Under the pieces are notes generated by a model. The model made no database searches. It had not been told where the DNA came from and saw only the letters and a program-made list of their open reading frames with translations. Shown here piece by piece: positions 38,746-53,394 of a stretch of 64,000 nt of DNA (within the stretch, counting starts at the first letter, position 1; the number at the start of each line of letters is the position of its first letter). Location: positions 162,130,001 to 162,194,000 of the forward strand of contig OX597814.1 of NCBI GenBank assembly GCA_951406725.2. Direction: 5' to 3'. Source of the stretch: Octopus vulgaris. Its lineage: Eukaryota. Made by a program: the position numbers and the translations under genes.

Positions 38746-41377
38746 CTTTTAAAAAAAAAAATAAAAAATATATATTATAATCAGAAAGTTACTAATCTTC
38801 TGATCCCTTAAAAGAAAATAAGGGTTTCTTCCATCTCAAATATTTTAACACAGATTCAAATTAATCTGTAATAAAATGGAAGCTCGTAAGTGTTTAACAA
38901 AGTCTAAATTGTGCCAAAATATTGGACGGTTGTGTAAGAGGCTTGGCCTGAAATCAACGGAAAAAAGGGAAAATAAAAATGAAGTAAAATAAACAAAATG
39001 GGAAAAATTATATATTTTAGTTTCAGTATTAAAATTAAATAATATAGAACATGACCAAGCCAATCTATGTATATATATGTATAAAATAAATATATACATA
39101 CATAAACTAGGACTGCTAAATGATAAGTGCAGTTTATAGTCAAGCTGGGTGTGAGGGGTAAGGAACAAGAAATGTTTGAAGCAATAATAGCGTGTTGTGT
39201 AGTTTCATTCAAGCCACAGCAGATTCGTCAAAGCTAAGAGGTTAGCTTAAGGCAAAGTCACAAGGACAACTAGTTGCAATAGTTTAAATACAGAAGTTTT
39301 AGGATAATTAAAAAGGGAGGGAGAAAATGACACCTAAACGAAGCTAAACATTACTACTTTTAGTTTTAGTAGAAAAAATTAGAATGGATGTATTAAACTT
39401 AAATGCTAAAGGTAATCTTAAATTTTTTTTTTAAATTTAGTTTTTTTTAAAATTAAAATTTTATTAGATAAATGAAAAATAATTTTAAAAAATAAAAAAA
39501 AACCTGCCGGTTACAATTTACATCTAATGTATAACCAAATATGCTTTTGAGTCACTAAGCACAATTTTCATAGCCTGGAAAAACTATAAAGAGTGGAATA
39601 TCATGGATAAAAAATAAATAATTTGAAATTTCTTTTTTTCCAACTAGTTATTAAATATAAAGAAATGAATAGTACATGCTGGAATAACAAATAGTTGGGA
39701 TATGGGTGAAAAGGCACATGCCATGTCTTCCCGAAAACAAAAAGAATGGTACTGTGATGGTGCCAGTGACTGGTGTTTATAGGTAGTACCTACAAATTAT
39801 TATTGGTGAGAGAGATTAGAAAAATAGAAGGCAGTGAATGGAGAAGAATTATTATAAACAAGAAATTATAATAGATTAATGGCTGTATTTGTTTGTAGTA
39901 TGTGTTTCACTCATGACTAAAGGATATCATCAAATGTGCTGTTAAGTGTTTAAGAAAAGGACTAGGCAGGTTTTGAAATGTTCCCCACATTTTAAATTTG
40001 TAAGGGATAAAAAGATAGAAAATAATAAAAAAATGTTAATCTGTTTCTTTTTTCATCATTAAAGATTACAGATTAAATATATACAAGATACATTTTATTT
40101 TCTAAATGCAAAAAAGTAAAAAAAGAAGAAAAAAAACGAGTAATTATAGCTCTAGTATTGATCTGTAGTTTAAAAGAATTTCATAAACGCAGAAGACACA
40201 CGCACGTGTGTAGGAACACAAATAAACATATAAAATAAAATACTGCAGCATAAATTTGTTTTCAAGAAATTCTGTCAATGCATGTAGGTGTCTGAGTGTA
40301 TGTGTAATCAATCATCTGATAACCTTTAGATTCCCAATCATGGCTAAGCTTCCAGTTCTTTAAACTTTGCAAATTTTGCAGTTTCTGATCATTAAATACA
40401 TGAACTCCCATATACCTACCATCACCACCACCAGAAAAAAAAAAGTAATGCACATAAAAATGAAGAGAAAATTTTAAAATCCTTTTAAAATCTTCCCTAT
40501 TAGTTTAGCAGCCATCACACACAAACACTTATTACTGAAGGACAGAAGAGAAAATAAGGAAAAAAAATTTAAAAGAAAATCTGCTTTCAAGACACATTTT
40601 TCCGAGTCCTTTTAGGAAATCTGATATTGTAAGTACTCAGTGACAGTGCAATTATCTAAAGACAGAATCATTTTCCAACCAAGAAAATTATGCAAGCTGT
40701 TTATATCTAATAACATTTAATTATTTGCCAAGAAAATATACACATAAGACACATACATCTATGTGCTACTCCCTTACATGAAATATCAAAATATTTGTAG
40801 TATTAAATGAACATGAAAAAACCTGCAAGTAATCGGTGTGTGTATGTATATTTGATAGTCTGTGTATGTGTGTGTGTGTGTAAAACAATGTGTTTATGTG
40901 CTAGTATATAGGCGTATAGATCTGTGTGAATGTGTAGGATAAGGTATGGTTATGTATTCAAGAAACTTAGCTCCCCGACAAGTTTCAGGTTAAGTCTCAC
41001 TATCGCAGGTGTCTACTATAGCCCCAGGTTGATTAAAGCCTTGTGAAGGAATTTGATCAATAGAAAATGAAAGAAGCCCATTATGTGTATTCTTAAAAAT
41101 GATGTGATTGTTGTAAACAAGGCATCCAAGCTGGGCCATTTGTCTCCAATCAGCCATGGGAAAATACAGCCTTCCTTGAGACAAGGGCAGATTGGACAGA
41201 GGAAGGGCATCTAACCATAGAAAATCTATTTACTAAGAATTTTATCTGACCCATGCAAGCAAGTTAAGCAGGAATTAAAACGACACTATGTATACAAATG
41301 ATATAAATGCATGCCTGTGTTATTCGTATATACACATATATATATATATATATTTATACACACACACACACATATAC

Positions 41378-41408
<31 letters not shown>

Positions 41409-41454
41409 TATACATATACATACTTATAAACATATACATACTTATAAACATATA

Positions 41455-42410
41455 CATCATCATCATTTAACGTCCGCTTTCCCTCTAGCATGGGTTGGAC
41501 GATTTGACTACGGTCTGGTGAACCAGATGGCTGCACAAGATTCCAATCTGATCTGGCAGAGTTTCTATAGCTGGATGCCCTTCTTAACACAAACCACTCC
41601 GAGAGTGTAGTGGGTGCTTTTATGTGCCACCGGCACGAGGGCCAGTCAGGCGGTACTGGCAATAGCCATGCTCAAATGATGCTTTTTACATTCCACCTGC
41701 ACAGGAGCCAGTCCAGCGGCACTGGCAACAACCTCACTCAAATGTTTTTTCACGTGCCACCAGCACAAGTGCCAGTAAGGTGATGCAGGTAACGATCACA
41801 CTTGAATGGTGTTTTTTACATGCCACCGGCATGGAGGCCAGCTTGTTGCTCTGGCAACGATCACACTCGTATGGTACTCTTAGCGCTCCACTAGCATGGA
41901 TGCCAGTCATAGAATTTGATTTCGATTTCATTTGCCTCAACAGGTCTTCACAAGCAGAGTTTAGTATCCAATGAAGGAAAGGTAAGCATAAGTGGGCTGG
42001 TTACACCCATGGCATAGGCCACAAAGTTATGGTCTCACTTGAGCTTGCAGAGTCTTCTCAAGCACAGCATATTTCCAAATATCCCGGTTACTAGTCATTT
42101 CCTCGGTGAGGCCCAATGTTTGAAGGTCATGCTTCACCACCTCATCCCAGGTCTTCCTGGATCTACCTCTTCCAAAGGTTCCCTCAACAGCTAGGGTGTG
42201 GCACTTTTTCACACAGCTATCCACATCCATTCTCGCCACATGGCCATACCAGTACAGTCGTCTCTCTTGCACAACACATCTGATGCTTCTTAGGTCCAAT
42301 GTTTCTCTCAAGGTACTAACACTATTATTGTGTATGCACACTGACATTACACATGCATCGGAGCATACTGGCTTCATTCCTTGAGAGATTACGCATGTCC
42401 TCAGTAGTAT
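41455..42410 (-). mobile_element. 5'-truncated RTE LINE copy
   Basis: QERRLYWYGHVARM...GRGRSRKTWDEVVKHDL plus a 3' UTR highly similar to 8297-8880; both ends in microsatellite. Confidence 0.92.
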
Positions 42411-43980
42411 ACATACACACACACACACACAATACATATATATACACATATCTATATACATACGTACGTACGTACATACATACGTATATACATACGTACA
42501 TACATACATACATACGTACGTACATACGTACATACATACGTACGTACATACATACGTACGTACATACATACATACGTACATACATACATACATACGTACA
42601 TACATACATACATACATACGTATATACATACATACATACGTACATACATACATACATACGTACATACATACATACATACATACATACATACATACATACG
42701 TACATATGTACGTACATATGTACATACATACATACATACATACATACGTACATATGTACGTACATATGTACATACATACGTACATATATATGTATGTATG
42801 TACATATGTATGTATGTATGTACATACATACGTACGTACGTACATACATACATACATACGTACGTACATACATACACACGTACGTACATACACACGTACG
42901 TACGTACATACACACGTACGTACGTACGTACGTACGTACATAAACATACGTACGTACGTACGTACATACACACGTACACACGTACACACGTACGTACGTA
43001 CGTACACACGTACGTACGTACATACACACGTACGTACGTACATACACACGTACGTACGTACATACACACGTACATACATACACACATACATACATACATA
43101 CGTACATACATATGTACGTACATACATACATACATATGTACGTACATACATACATACATATGTACGTACATACATACATACATATGTACGTACATACATA
43201 CATACATATGTATATACATACATACATATGTATATACATACATACATATGTATATACATACATACATATGTATATACATACATACATATGTATATACATA
43301 CATACATATGTATATACATACATACATATGTATATACATACATACATACATATGTATATACATACATACATACATATGTATATACATACATACATACATA
43401 TGTATATACATACATACATACATATGTATATACATACATACATACATATGTATATACATACATACATACATATGTATATACATACATACATACATATGTA
43501 TATACATACATACATACATATGTATATACATACATACATACATATGTATATACATACATACATACATATGTATATACATACATACATACATATGTATATA
43601 CATACATACATACATATGTATATACATACATACATATGTATATACATACATACATACATATGTATATACATACATACATACATATGTATATACATACATA
43701 TGTATATACATACATACATACATATGTATATACATACATACATACATATGTATATACATACATACATACATATGTATATACATACATACATACATACATA
43801 TGTATATACATACATACATACATATGTATATACATACATACATATGTATATACATACATACATATGTATATACATACATATATACATACATACGTAAATA
43901 CATACATACGTAAATACATACATACGTAAATACATACATACGTAAATACATACATAAATAAATACATACATACATATATA
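42410..43980. repeat. ~1.6 kb compound microsatellite: (TACA)n/(TACG)n grading into 16/20-mer units (CATATGTATATACATA+CATA)
   Basis: Directly visible tandem structure; source of the spurious Y/V/C/M/H/T ORFs. Confidence 0.95.
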
Positions 43981-44417
43981 TAAATAATATTAATATGTAT
44001 AATTGTGTGAATATATGCAGGCTTGTGTGTGTATAATGATCAGGAATGTATGCATCCACTGTAGTACAAAATTTATCAATTCCCCACTAGCATCACCTTA
44101 GTCTCAAAAATAGACTATGATGTTGTCAGGACAACTTTCAATGGTTTCTAGTGTTTAACCTTCCACCAGCCAGCTCCAGAACCTATGCTCTTACTGTTTG
44201 TTTCTTCATAATTTTCTTATACCATTTCCCTTTTTTTTTTTTTTTATATCTCTATATCCTTTTTTTCCCTTAAATCTTTAGTTAATATTAGAGCAAATTT
44301 GAATTTGGAATTCATATTTCAAAAATTCCTGCTGTGATTCTCACACTATATAATTACATGTAATTGTAATGTAACATAAGAGTTATTGAGATATATTGAA
44401 ATATCACCGTTTCTTTA

Positions 44418-44468
<51 letters not shown>

Positions 44469-47400
44469 ATAGCAGTATGCTGACTTTTACAAACACTTAT
44501 CTCAATAAGCCTAACTAATCATAGATTCTCCCTTATTGACAGAAGTGCATTAAGATTCAAATCCCTTTTCACAGAATTAAAAGGGGGTGCATGTATATGT
44601 GATCATTAAATTCAGCATACTAAAGTATTTTTATGTTTGGGTCATTATTATGTTGTTATGGAATTAAACTTGGAGATATACTTTCATATCTTCAGCAATC
44701 TGAGATTTTTCAGAAAAGTTTTAATTTTCAACATGAATATACTTTGATAAACTGATTTTCTCAAGTTTTTCACATATTGAGGTATTTATTAGCAGAAATT
44801 AGCTACCCCCATGTTTGCCAAAAAAATTTCCTATACAGTTCAGCTATAGGTCGTTAATCTGAGTGGGTTTGCTTATTACACTGTACTGCTTAGAACTGAA
44901 GTAAATAATCATGTCCCAGCATACTAATCATTTTAACGTTGCTGTTTTAATGTATTCACAAATGCATCAAACTGTTTACAGAAAAGAGTATACTCTATCA
45001 GCTCCACCTGAAAGGCAGCTGTTCAATTTTACAAATTCATATTTGAAAAGATAAATTACAAAATGTGTGTGTGTGTGTGGAAGGCAAAGGCTATATTGGC
45101 AGAAACGTTTGAATAAGCAATTTTCCAAGTTTTGTAAATTCTCTTTAAGTATGGGGGTCACAAATGATATACAGAAAGTTTGCCAAACGACTATGTCATC
45201 AATATTGATTGCCATGTCAGTTTTTAAGAAGGTAAAAAATTCATTTTTTAAAATACCAATTTTCACCATGTTTTGTAGCCAGAGTGACAAAACGGCAGTG
45301 ACATGTGTTTTCAGAAAATGTCTTGCATTTGCAACTTCTAAACTTTCGTAGTATATGGGATGAGAGCAGGGCCTTTATTCATTTTCCCTCAATTACTATT
45401 GTCCTTTATAAGAAAAATAAAATATGAAGTCTTACATTTAAAGTTCAACAAAGAAGCAATTGCCATAAAGTTAACAAGTTATAAATGCATCAAATCACGT
45501 TCCTCAACCCTTACTCTAGCTTTATGGTTTGATAAAACCATCTGAATAGGAGATACGATGAAGTGGGCTGCTATAAGAGATAGCAATTCTGTATTCAAAT
45601 TCTATTGAATGTCTGACTTTCTTTTCTATTCCTCAAGCTATATACCAGAAAGATACTGGAAACAGAATCTTTGGCAATTATAGTGCTATTTAAAAACATT
45701 GCGCTATCAAGAAGTTGTCACAATGATTGACTCAGTCAGTTATTTCACTCACAAGATATATTATGGAATTGTTGAACCATACACAAAATAGTGCAAGAAA
45801 AGCAAGAATCTGTTTGGACAAATGTTTGCCAGAGAACATTCAAAAAATTTTAAAAACCGCACTTCGTGAAAATTCTTTAAAAGAAGATATTTGATGCCGA
45901 CAAAAGTATCACACCGATAACCAATTATTAGTGAGAATTCTATCTTAGAATTTTTTATGGTATAACCACCAAGAGCTATATTTAACAAGATGGTTAACTT
46001 CAGCTGGTTCTAATAATTCAAACATTGAGACAGAGGCTTTAGCAATCATACAAATAACAAACAGTGCTCATCCTTAATTTACTTGACAGGAAATTCATAT
46101 TTAACCAATATAAAGAACTTCCAAGGGTTATACCTGAAGATACAGAGGTGTACCATCCAGTTCATAATATAATTTTGAAATTACATATATTAAGAGAAGT
46201 ACAATTCCTCATTTAAATGTGTCTTAATAATTACAATTTAGATTACAAATGGAGGATTTTGAGGAGGGGTAATGTTGATAAGGAACTGATGAGTTGCATC
46301 TTGATCAACAAACTTTGGAAGCAGTGTGCAATTTGATACTGGGCAAAATCATTTTCAGAATAGAAAGAAATACTGGAGTAGCTGCTCCTAGCAATCTCAG
46401 TGTTCTGCAAAAGATATATAATAATGAAATTATTGTATACAGTGCTCAAGCCAATCATTAAATGTATTCAAGGCATCACTGGTACATGAATTTGTCTGAA
46501 GCATCATGGCTTGGCTGATCGTGCAATGATAAGAACTACATACAGCTATGTATGTGATCCTAAAAGTATACAGATAAGCAATTTTCAAAAGAACCAATTT
46601 CATTTGTGGCCTACAGAGTTAGATCCTTGCACTCATATAGATTAGGCCTTTATTAATTAAAATGAAGCTTGTCTAGGAGGCTTTTTTTTCAAGATGGCCA
46701 AGAGTTATTATGCTTCTAATAGAAAGCACCTGGCCATAAACAGTAATTTTCTCTCATAATAGTGTGTTAGGGTTTTAATGTCAGATGACAACACCCCTAA
46801 ATTTGATGATCAAAACTTTTGTTCTTAACTACAGAAAATAGCAATGTTACCAAAATTGAAATAGGTTTGCAAAACAGAGGACTTAAAGAATTGACTTAAG
46901 ATTGAAGGTGTTTTCCTTCAGTAAAGTGGGGTACTAGAATCTCTCACTTTTGTTCAGCTTTCCTATGATCCATCAGGTTAACAGGCTAGGACTTTCTACT
47001 TTGATGGAATATCATATCCATGTACCTTTGACTATGAAGAAATAATTCAACACTAGAAGTGGAAAACTTTGTAATGCAAACTAGAAACAATATAATTATG
47101 ACAAGAAATGGGACTGGAATTTAGTTTAAGCCTAAACATGAGACAACTGAAACAAGTGAGGATGATGGCAAAAAGCAACAACATTGTTTATTTTTAGAAG
47201 TGGAGAAGCACCCATGATTATGATGTGTAACAACAGGATCAAATTTATAGTGCAGAAGTCTTTAGGAATACTCAGTCTATCTGGGGTATAAAGCATTTAA
47301 GTTAAAGGGAGATGTGAAATATTAGTATTAAAAGCAAGGTGCAAAACTTTACCATGAATATCATATGTTGTGAATATTGTATATTGCAAAATAAGTCATT

Positions 47401-48023
47401 GATATGTTAATACTGCAACATATTTTTATGAGTTTGCATATGGTTAGGTATATTCAAAGTGGTTATTAGTTCCATAGGTCGACCTCTTAGTTTACTGAAA
47501 CTTCTGAATGTACAAGATTACATGTAAACCAATGTTCCCACATTTTGCTGTGGGTGTGCACAGTAATTTGCATTTGTGTGCTAATTTTGTCTTCTTTGCA
47601 AAACATGTATCCATGCAAGTAACCATTACTCAAATCTTAATTAAAAAAAAAAAAAAAAGAAAAAATTCTCCTTGGAAATGTTTAGTGCATACACAACAGT
47701 ACACAGCTTAGAGGGAACACTGGTGTGAACAAAATATTTTGCTTAATTCTGTACAACTAATTTAAAATTAAACTGGTGAATACTATATACTGTGTATAAA
47801 TGGAGAGTCCATTCATTGTGTTAAACAAATCAAGTAAGCCAAAATGTGGAGGGAACAAGTAGATTGAACTTATTTATAGTGTAGGGACAACACCAAAACT
47901 AGCCCCATTTAAGATGATAAATTTTTGGTTATCTGACTGAAACCACTCAAAAGTGTACATGCATGTGTATATAGTACACACACGTGTATTGGAGGGGATT
48001 TGTTTTAGTAAAAAGACTAAATT

Positions 48024-48063
<40 letters not shown>

Positions 48064-49249
48064 TACATGTAACTGGTGGTGGCAGTAAGGCTATAGTTTA
48101 AGAAATGAATGAGCAAAGACAAGGGAAAAAAAAGAAAAGAGGATGTATGAGAGAGAAGAGGGCTAAACTATATATTTACATATTAGGAAAATTAAAACAA
48201 ACAACCTATTTAAAATCATTATCCATTAATAGATTGCATTAGTGTTGATTAGTAATACATATTAAGGATTTCAAATACCTTGCTAAGTACTAGCAAACTT
48301 AACTGGCTGTAAGCATGCTGAGTAATTCATTATTTAAGGTTGGCAGCATTATATTCCAAAACAGAATATGCATGCATTCATTATACAATGTAATTTTGGT
48401 TCATGCTAAACATCAGTGAGCAATCTTAGCAATAAAAAATCATCGGATTAGATTACTATTAAAAGGGGAATTTAACAACTTCTGCCATTATAGAAACACA
48501 TACATAATAACTAACCTAATCTCATTAAAACTATTTGCTAAAGTACAACAAATATTATTTGCTATAATTTATACACATCAAAACTATTTAAAGTATTTGG
48601 TTTCTTAACACTACCAAAAACTTTTTAAAAAATGATTCTTGACTAAAGATTATAATCATAGTTAAGTAGGGAGAAAAAAATGTGGAAATCTATATACTTG
48701 TAAAATATAGCCTCCCAGTCTTTTGAAATAATTTCACAACCTAAATTTGCTTTATGAAAACTTAAGACAAGATTCCCTTAATGCGTAAGAAAAGCATGAA
48801 GAAATACTGGAAGTCAAAATACCTAAACTTTGCATATTTCAGTATAAAGAAGAAAAAAACCCACCAATGTTTAACTAAAGCCAGTAAAAACAGCCAGTAA
48901 AAACACTCCAACAACACACACGCAAAAATATAACACAATGTGTATATATACACACAGAACAGTCTCACAGCCTCAAAAAAGCTTGTCAAAGAAACCTGTG
49001 TAATAAAAAATGCAGCTTTTCAGAATGCTGGCAGCAAATTGTCAGACACATTGCATCTGGCCTCCTCTGCTGACAACATTCTGAGGAAGTTTTCTGCTTT
49101 TATTTCTAACAAACATGTCTCTTTGAGAAGTTTCTTTGTGACAAAATATTTGAGCTAACACTATTCCACATTTGTACATACATTATAAATATTATACACA
49201 ATGTTGCTTTAATCTAATGCTGCTTCAAGAGTACATTTTGATCACACAC

Positions 49250-49620
49250 AGGCATGGCTGTGTGGTCAAGAAGTTTGCTTCACAACCACATAGTTCCTGG
49301 TTCAGTTCCACAGCATGGCACCTTGGGTAATCATCTACTGTAGCCTCAGGCCGACCAAGACCATGTAAGCGGATTTGAGAGACAGAAACTGAAAGAATCC
49401 CATCATGTCTGTGTGTGCATGTGTGTCCCCATCACTGCTTGACCACTGGTGTTAGTGTGTGTGTGTCCCTGTAACTTGCCAGGTCAGCAAAAGGGACCAA
49501 TAGAATAAGTACTAGACTTAAAAGCAAAAGTCCTGGGGACAATTTGTTCGACTAAGACCCTTGAAGGCGGTGCCCCAGCAAGGCTACAGTCAAATGACTG
49601 AAACACGATAAAAGGTAAAA
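49250..49620 (+). mobile_element. tRNA-derived SINE, near full length
   Basis: A-box tggctgtgtgg, B-box ggttcagttcc, CORE-like ggcaccttggg, 3' module aataagtact...ggcggtgccccagc...tgactgaaaca repeated elsewhere in the window. Confidence 0.82.
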
Positions 49621-52600
49621 GAAAGATATACAATTAAAACTATCACAGGTGTGAATGCAACTGAATGAGAAAGAAGTACTCAATATAGAGTAGTAGAGTA
49701 GAATATGTATTCTTAGTTAAGTGCAAATTCTATTTACACCCATAACAAGGCAGGGCATTGATGCTGCCATGTCCACTGACAAAATGATACTACTGGTTTA
49801 CAATTTAATGCAAATAACATAAATACATAAGCAAAAAAACCCTTAACAAGATTATGAAAAGGGGATAAATACAAGATATAAATAATAATCAATGAACACT
49901 AACAATAGCAGAGCTTAAGAGTTGAAATGCATTTGTAATTATACAGTAAAATTAATGAAATCAATGTTATGAATTTGGAAAGTTGTGAAAATACTAAATA
50001 TTATTGCTATTATGCTAAATTATCATATATCCAAATTTGGCCAAACGCATTTTTTTTTCAGCATCTATTTTTGCTTGCAATAGCTGGTTCTTTTGGTCAA
50101 AAGAATCGTATCTCCAGCTGCTTCAGATGCCAAGATATCAAAAATTGCCCAAGTACAGTACAATGGTTCTGCTATGGAATGGTGAAACTATTTTTTCGTT
50201 TTCTGAAAAAGCAACGTTTTGGACTTACGATACTTTGCATAATAACAACAATATACGTAAAGATGTTTAAGGGAGCATATGAAGACATATTCTCAGAGAA
50301 TCTATTTGTCTACAAGTAGTTTAGCTGTCAGTGAAATAAGGTAATCACAAATTTATAAAGAAGCTGAATAGCTAGGCTTATACTGAGTGTGAGAACAAGA
50401 GTCTTGCTTATGATAAGCATATACAACAGATGAGGGAGATGTATATTCATATCAACTCACACACTTATAACATATAAACACATTCTATTACCAGTAATTA
50501 CAATTTACAAAATATATAAATATGGAATGTATGAGCAAGATGTCATCCAATGACCTCTTCAGAAGAGCAGTTAACTCCAAATAAAAACTGATTTAGGCCA
50601 TGACACCCACCCATATATGTTAACACACACATAATGGATATAAAAATGATGATAGGTTTTATACATACATTCATACAAACCTATTTTAGTAAAAATAAGA
50701 GAGCTCTATATCTGTATATTTCACTCATATTCAAAAGAAACTATAATGGAAATTCCAAATGCACACTGAAACTGAATTTTATTAAAATCTTGAACTCAAT
50801 TTACTGTTGTACAATATTTGACAAAAGCAGAAATAACATATGGTATATAAATGAAGAGCATGTAAATGAAGTATTTATAGAGATAACTGAAGTTGAATAG
50901 AAAAATATCAAATCACTAAGCAAATCAACGAAATCATGATCATGCAAAAGAAATAAGTGAAAATACACAGCGCAAACTAATTACAAGTATCAATAATATT
51001 CCATTAGATAATTTCGTTGCTCACAAACTACAGCATGAATATTTTTTTTAATTCTTTCATTTTAAGAAATTTACTTGAACAGTTTTCAACATCTCAAAAG
51101 TTAAAAACACAATTTCTGATTACAAGTTAACTATAGGAATTTCCCAGGTTATTTGGACAATTTTTGGGTGGTTTGCTACAATCTTCAATTTAGTTTACAG
51201 AATCTCATTCAGAATATTGCATCTGTTTAAACTGGTTTACTATGCTTATTTTCAGAGCAGAGATTCTCAAACTCTTTCTTCCATTGTATTCCGTCATGCC
51301 CAGCAGAACTGGTGTAACTCATGTGAAGAATATAGTGTAAAACAGATTTTGATACCATAGAAGTCAATAGATATGCATTATTTGTTAAATTTAAAAGTGT
51401 TCAAATCCCACTATATTCAACATTACTTTTCATTCTTTGACAGTAGATGGAATAAAGTATCACAAACACTAGACTAAATACGACTGTCTCCTCCCACAGT
51501 ATTTTTGTCCATAAGTATATAAAAAAAAAACAAAAACAAAAAAACAATTTCATATAATGTTACAGGTTTAATTTGATGGATATGCTTGTTCTTTGTCACG
51601 TGTAACTCAGTTCTAGGCAGTTTTAGACAAGCACACTCAAGTATAATTCTCTGTTGACAGACTTGCATGAAACTCATTGAAAATCCTCATTCGCAATTAT
51701 AAGTGGATTGGAACAGGAAATATTTTCTAGACACACATGTTGTATTTACTTTGTTGATTGCTTCAAAATTCCAGTGTTTTTTTTTAAACCTTGTGTACTC
51801 TAATTTCTATGGATGGGAGCAAGTATATTTGGTGTAAGAAGCCTTATTCTCTAGGGAGTAATTTGATTCTCATGTAGCAAGATGTTCAATCTCAGCAGTT
51901 TGTCTAAGCATATTGAATCCAAGCACTATATAACCATTCCCTTGTACATTTTTTATAAAATAGGCCAATTAATGTAACACCGTTATTGTAGTTCTAAATA
52001 TCTATATAGACACTTTAGAAATTCATGTGCAAACATCCAAATTCTTAGTACCCATCAATGCTATTTTTGTACAGCAGAACAAAATTGCTACAATCAGTTG
52101 CTATTTTTTTCTACTATGCAAAAAGACTACTTTTGATAGTTGAAACAACTTCAGGATCTCAGTGACAAAACACAGGGGTGATTTTTAAGGAAAGATCTGA
52201 AGTTAGTCTGCAGGTTTACAAAGCAATTAATAATAATATAGCACTCCCACTGCTTGCACCATCAAGAATGTATATTTACAGCTAGTTAGACAGAACCATA
52301 GAAAATTTGTCATGGACACAGTGCAAGTGTCATGTTACGTGCACTATTGTCCTTTCTGCCAGGTTTGACACTATCTACAAGTATGATTTATGTTTAAATA
52401 TAAATATCAGTAACAGCTGTAGAGAGAAGCAAATTCAAGGTAGTAAAGAGCAATATAAAAATACTTTCAAGAGATTTCAGTTACCCTATTTAAAATCAAG
52501 ATTTTGGTCTGTTCATGTTAACATAGGCAATTTAAAAACTATTCACTAACAATAACAGAACAACATAAAAAAATGTTTTTTTTAAAATCAAATGAAGTTT

Positions 52601-53394
52601 TAGTTTCAATTGTAGTTGTTTTGTATTGCATTGAAACCTAATATCATTTCAACTTGAAAACAGTCTTTTATTTTAATTTATTGTTTACTCAAAAATTATG
52701 TTCAGTAAAACTTAAATCCTTTAAACATTTGAGCAGATGGACATATTTTCATTAATATAAATAACTTTCTCTGCAGAAAATTTTTCATTTTTAATCTCAA
52801 AAATTATGTATTTTGATTCTAAAATGTATTAAAATAATTTATTGTAAAACTCAAAAGTAATTTATTTGATAAGAGATGCATAGTGAAATCATTTTACATT
52901 ACCAAGATAAAAATAATGAAAATAGTTTAAAGAATAACTGAATTGCATTTATGTAACAAGATTAACTGCTAAAAATATTTTACAAAGATTTCAAGAAGGT
53001 AGATTTTATCAAAATTCTTTGTTTCCACTAAAACCACCATAAATCTATTTATACTTGATACTGCATTGAGTCATCAATTTCTTGCTAAATTTACTCATTG
53101 ATTAAGAATATAGATGCCATTTGAAACCTAAGCAACACACAAATGATGCCAATGCAGATGAGAACACTTGATTTCATATTCTAAGTAATCAATAATGAGA
53201 CTAATTAACTTAATGACTAATTCTAATCAACACTATACATACACCAGAAGTAACTCCAGGATGCCTCTACATGGTTGCTCAACCTGCTACAATTAAAAAC
53301 CAAATCTCAAAGTCACACTAGAAGAATACATTGGATCATATAATTCTTAGTGTCGCTATATATAAACACTTCTGGTGTTTCTATATAGATAGAT

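Noticed and set aside
42027-44059. Long ORFs of 260-646 aa rich in Y/V/C/M/H/T
   Set aside because: Stop-free translations of microsatellite; only the RTE-derived tail of 42027..43967 is protein-like.
50223-50330. Strong minus-strand donor ATC|gtaagt
   Set aside because: Upstream acceptors give stops, a 4-nt exon, or need an unfavourable GAG acceptor.
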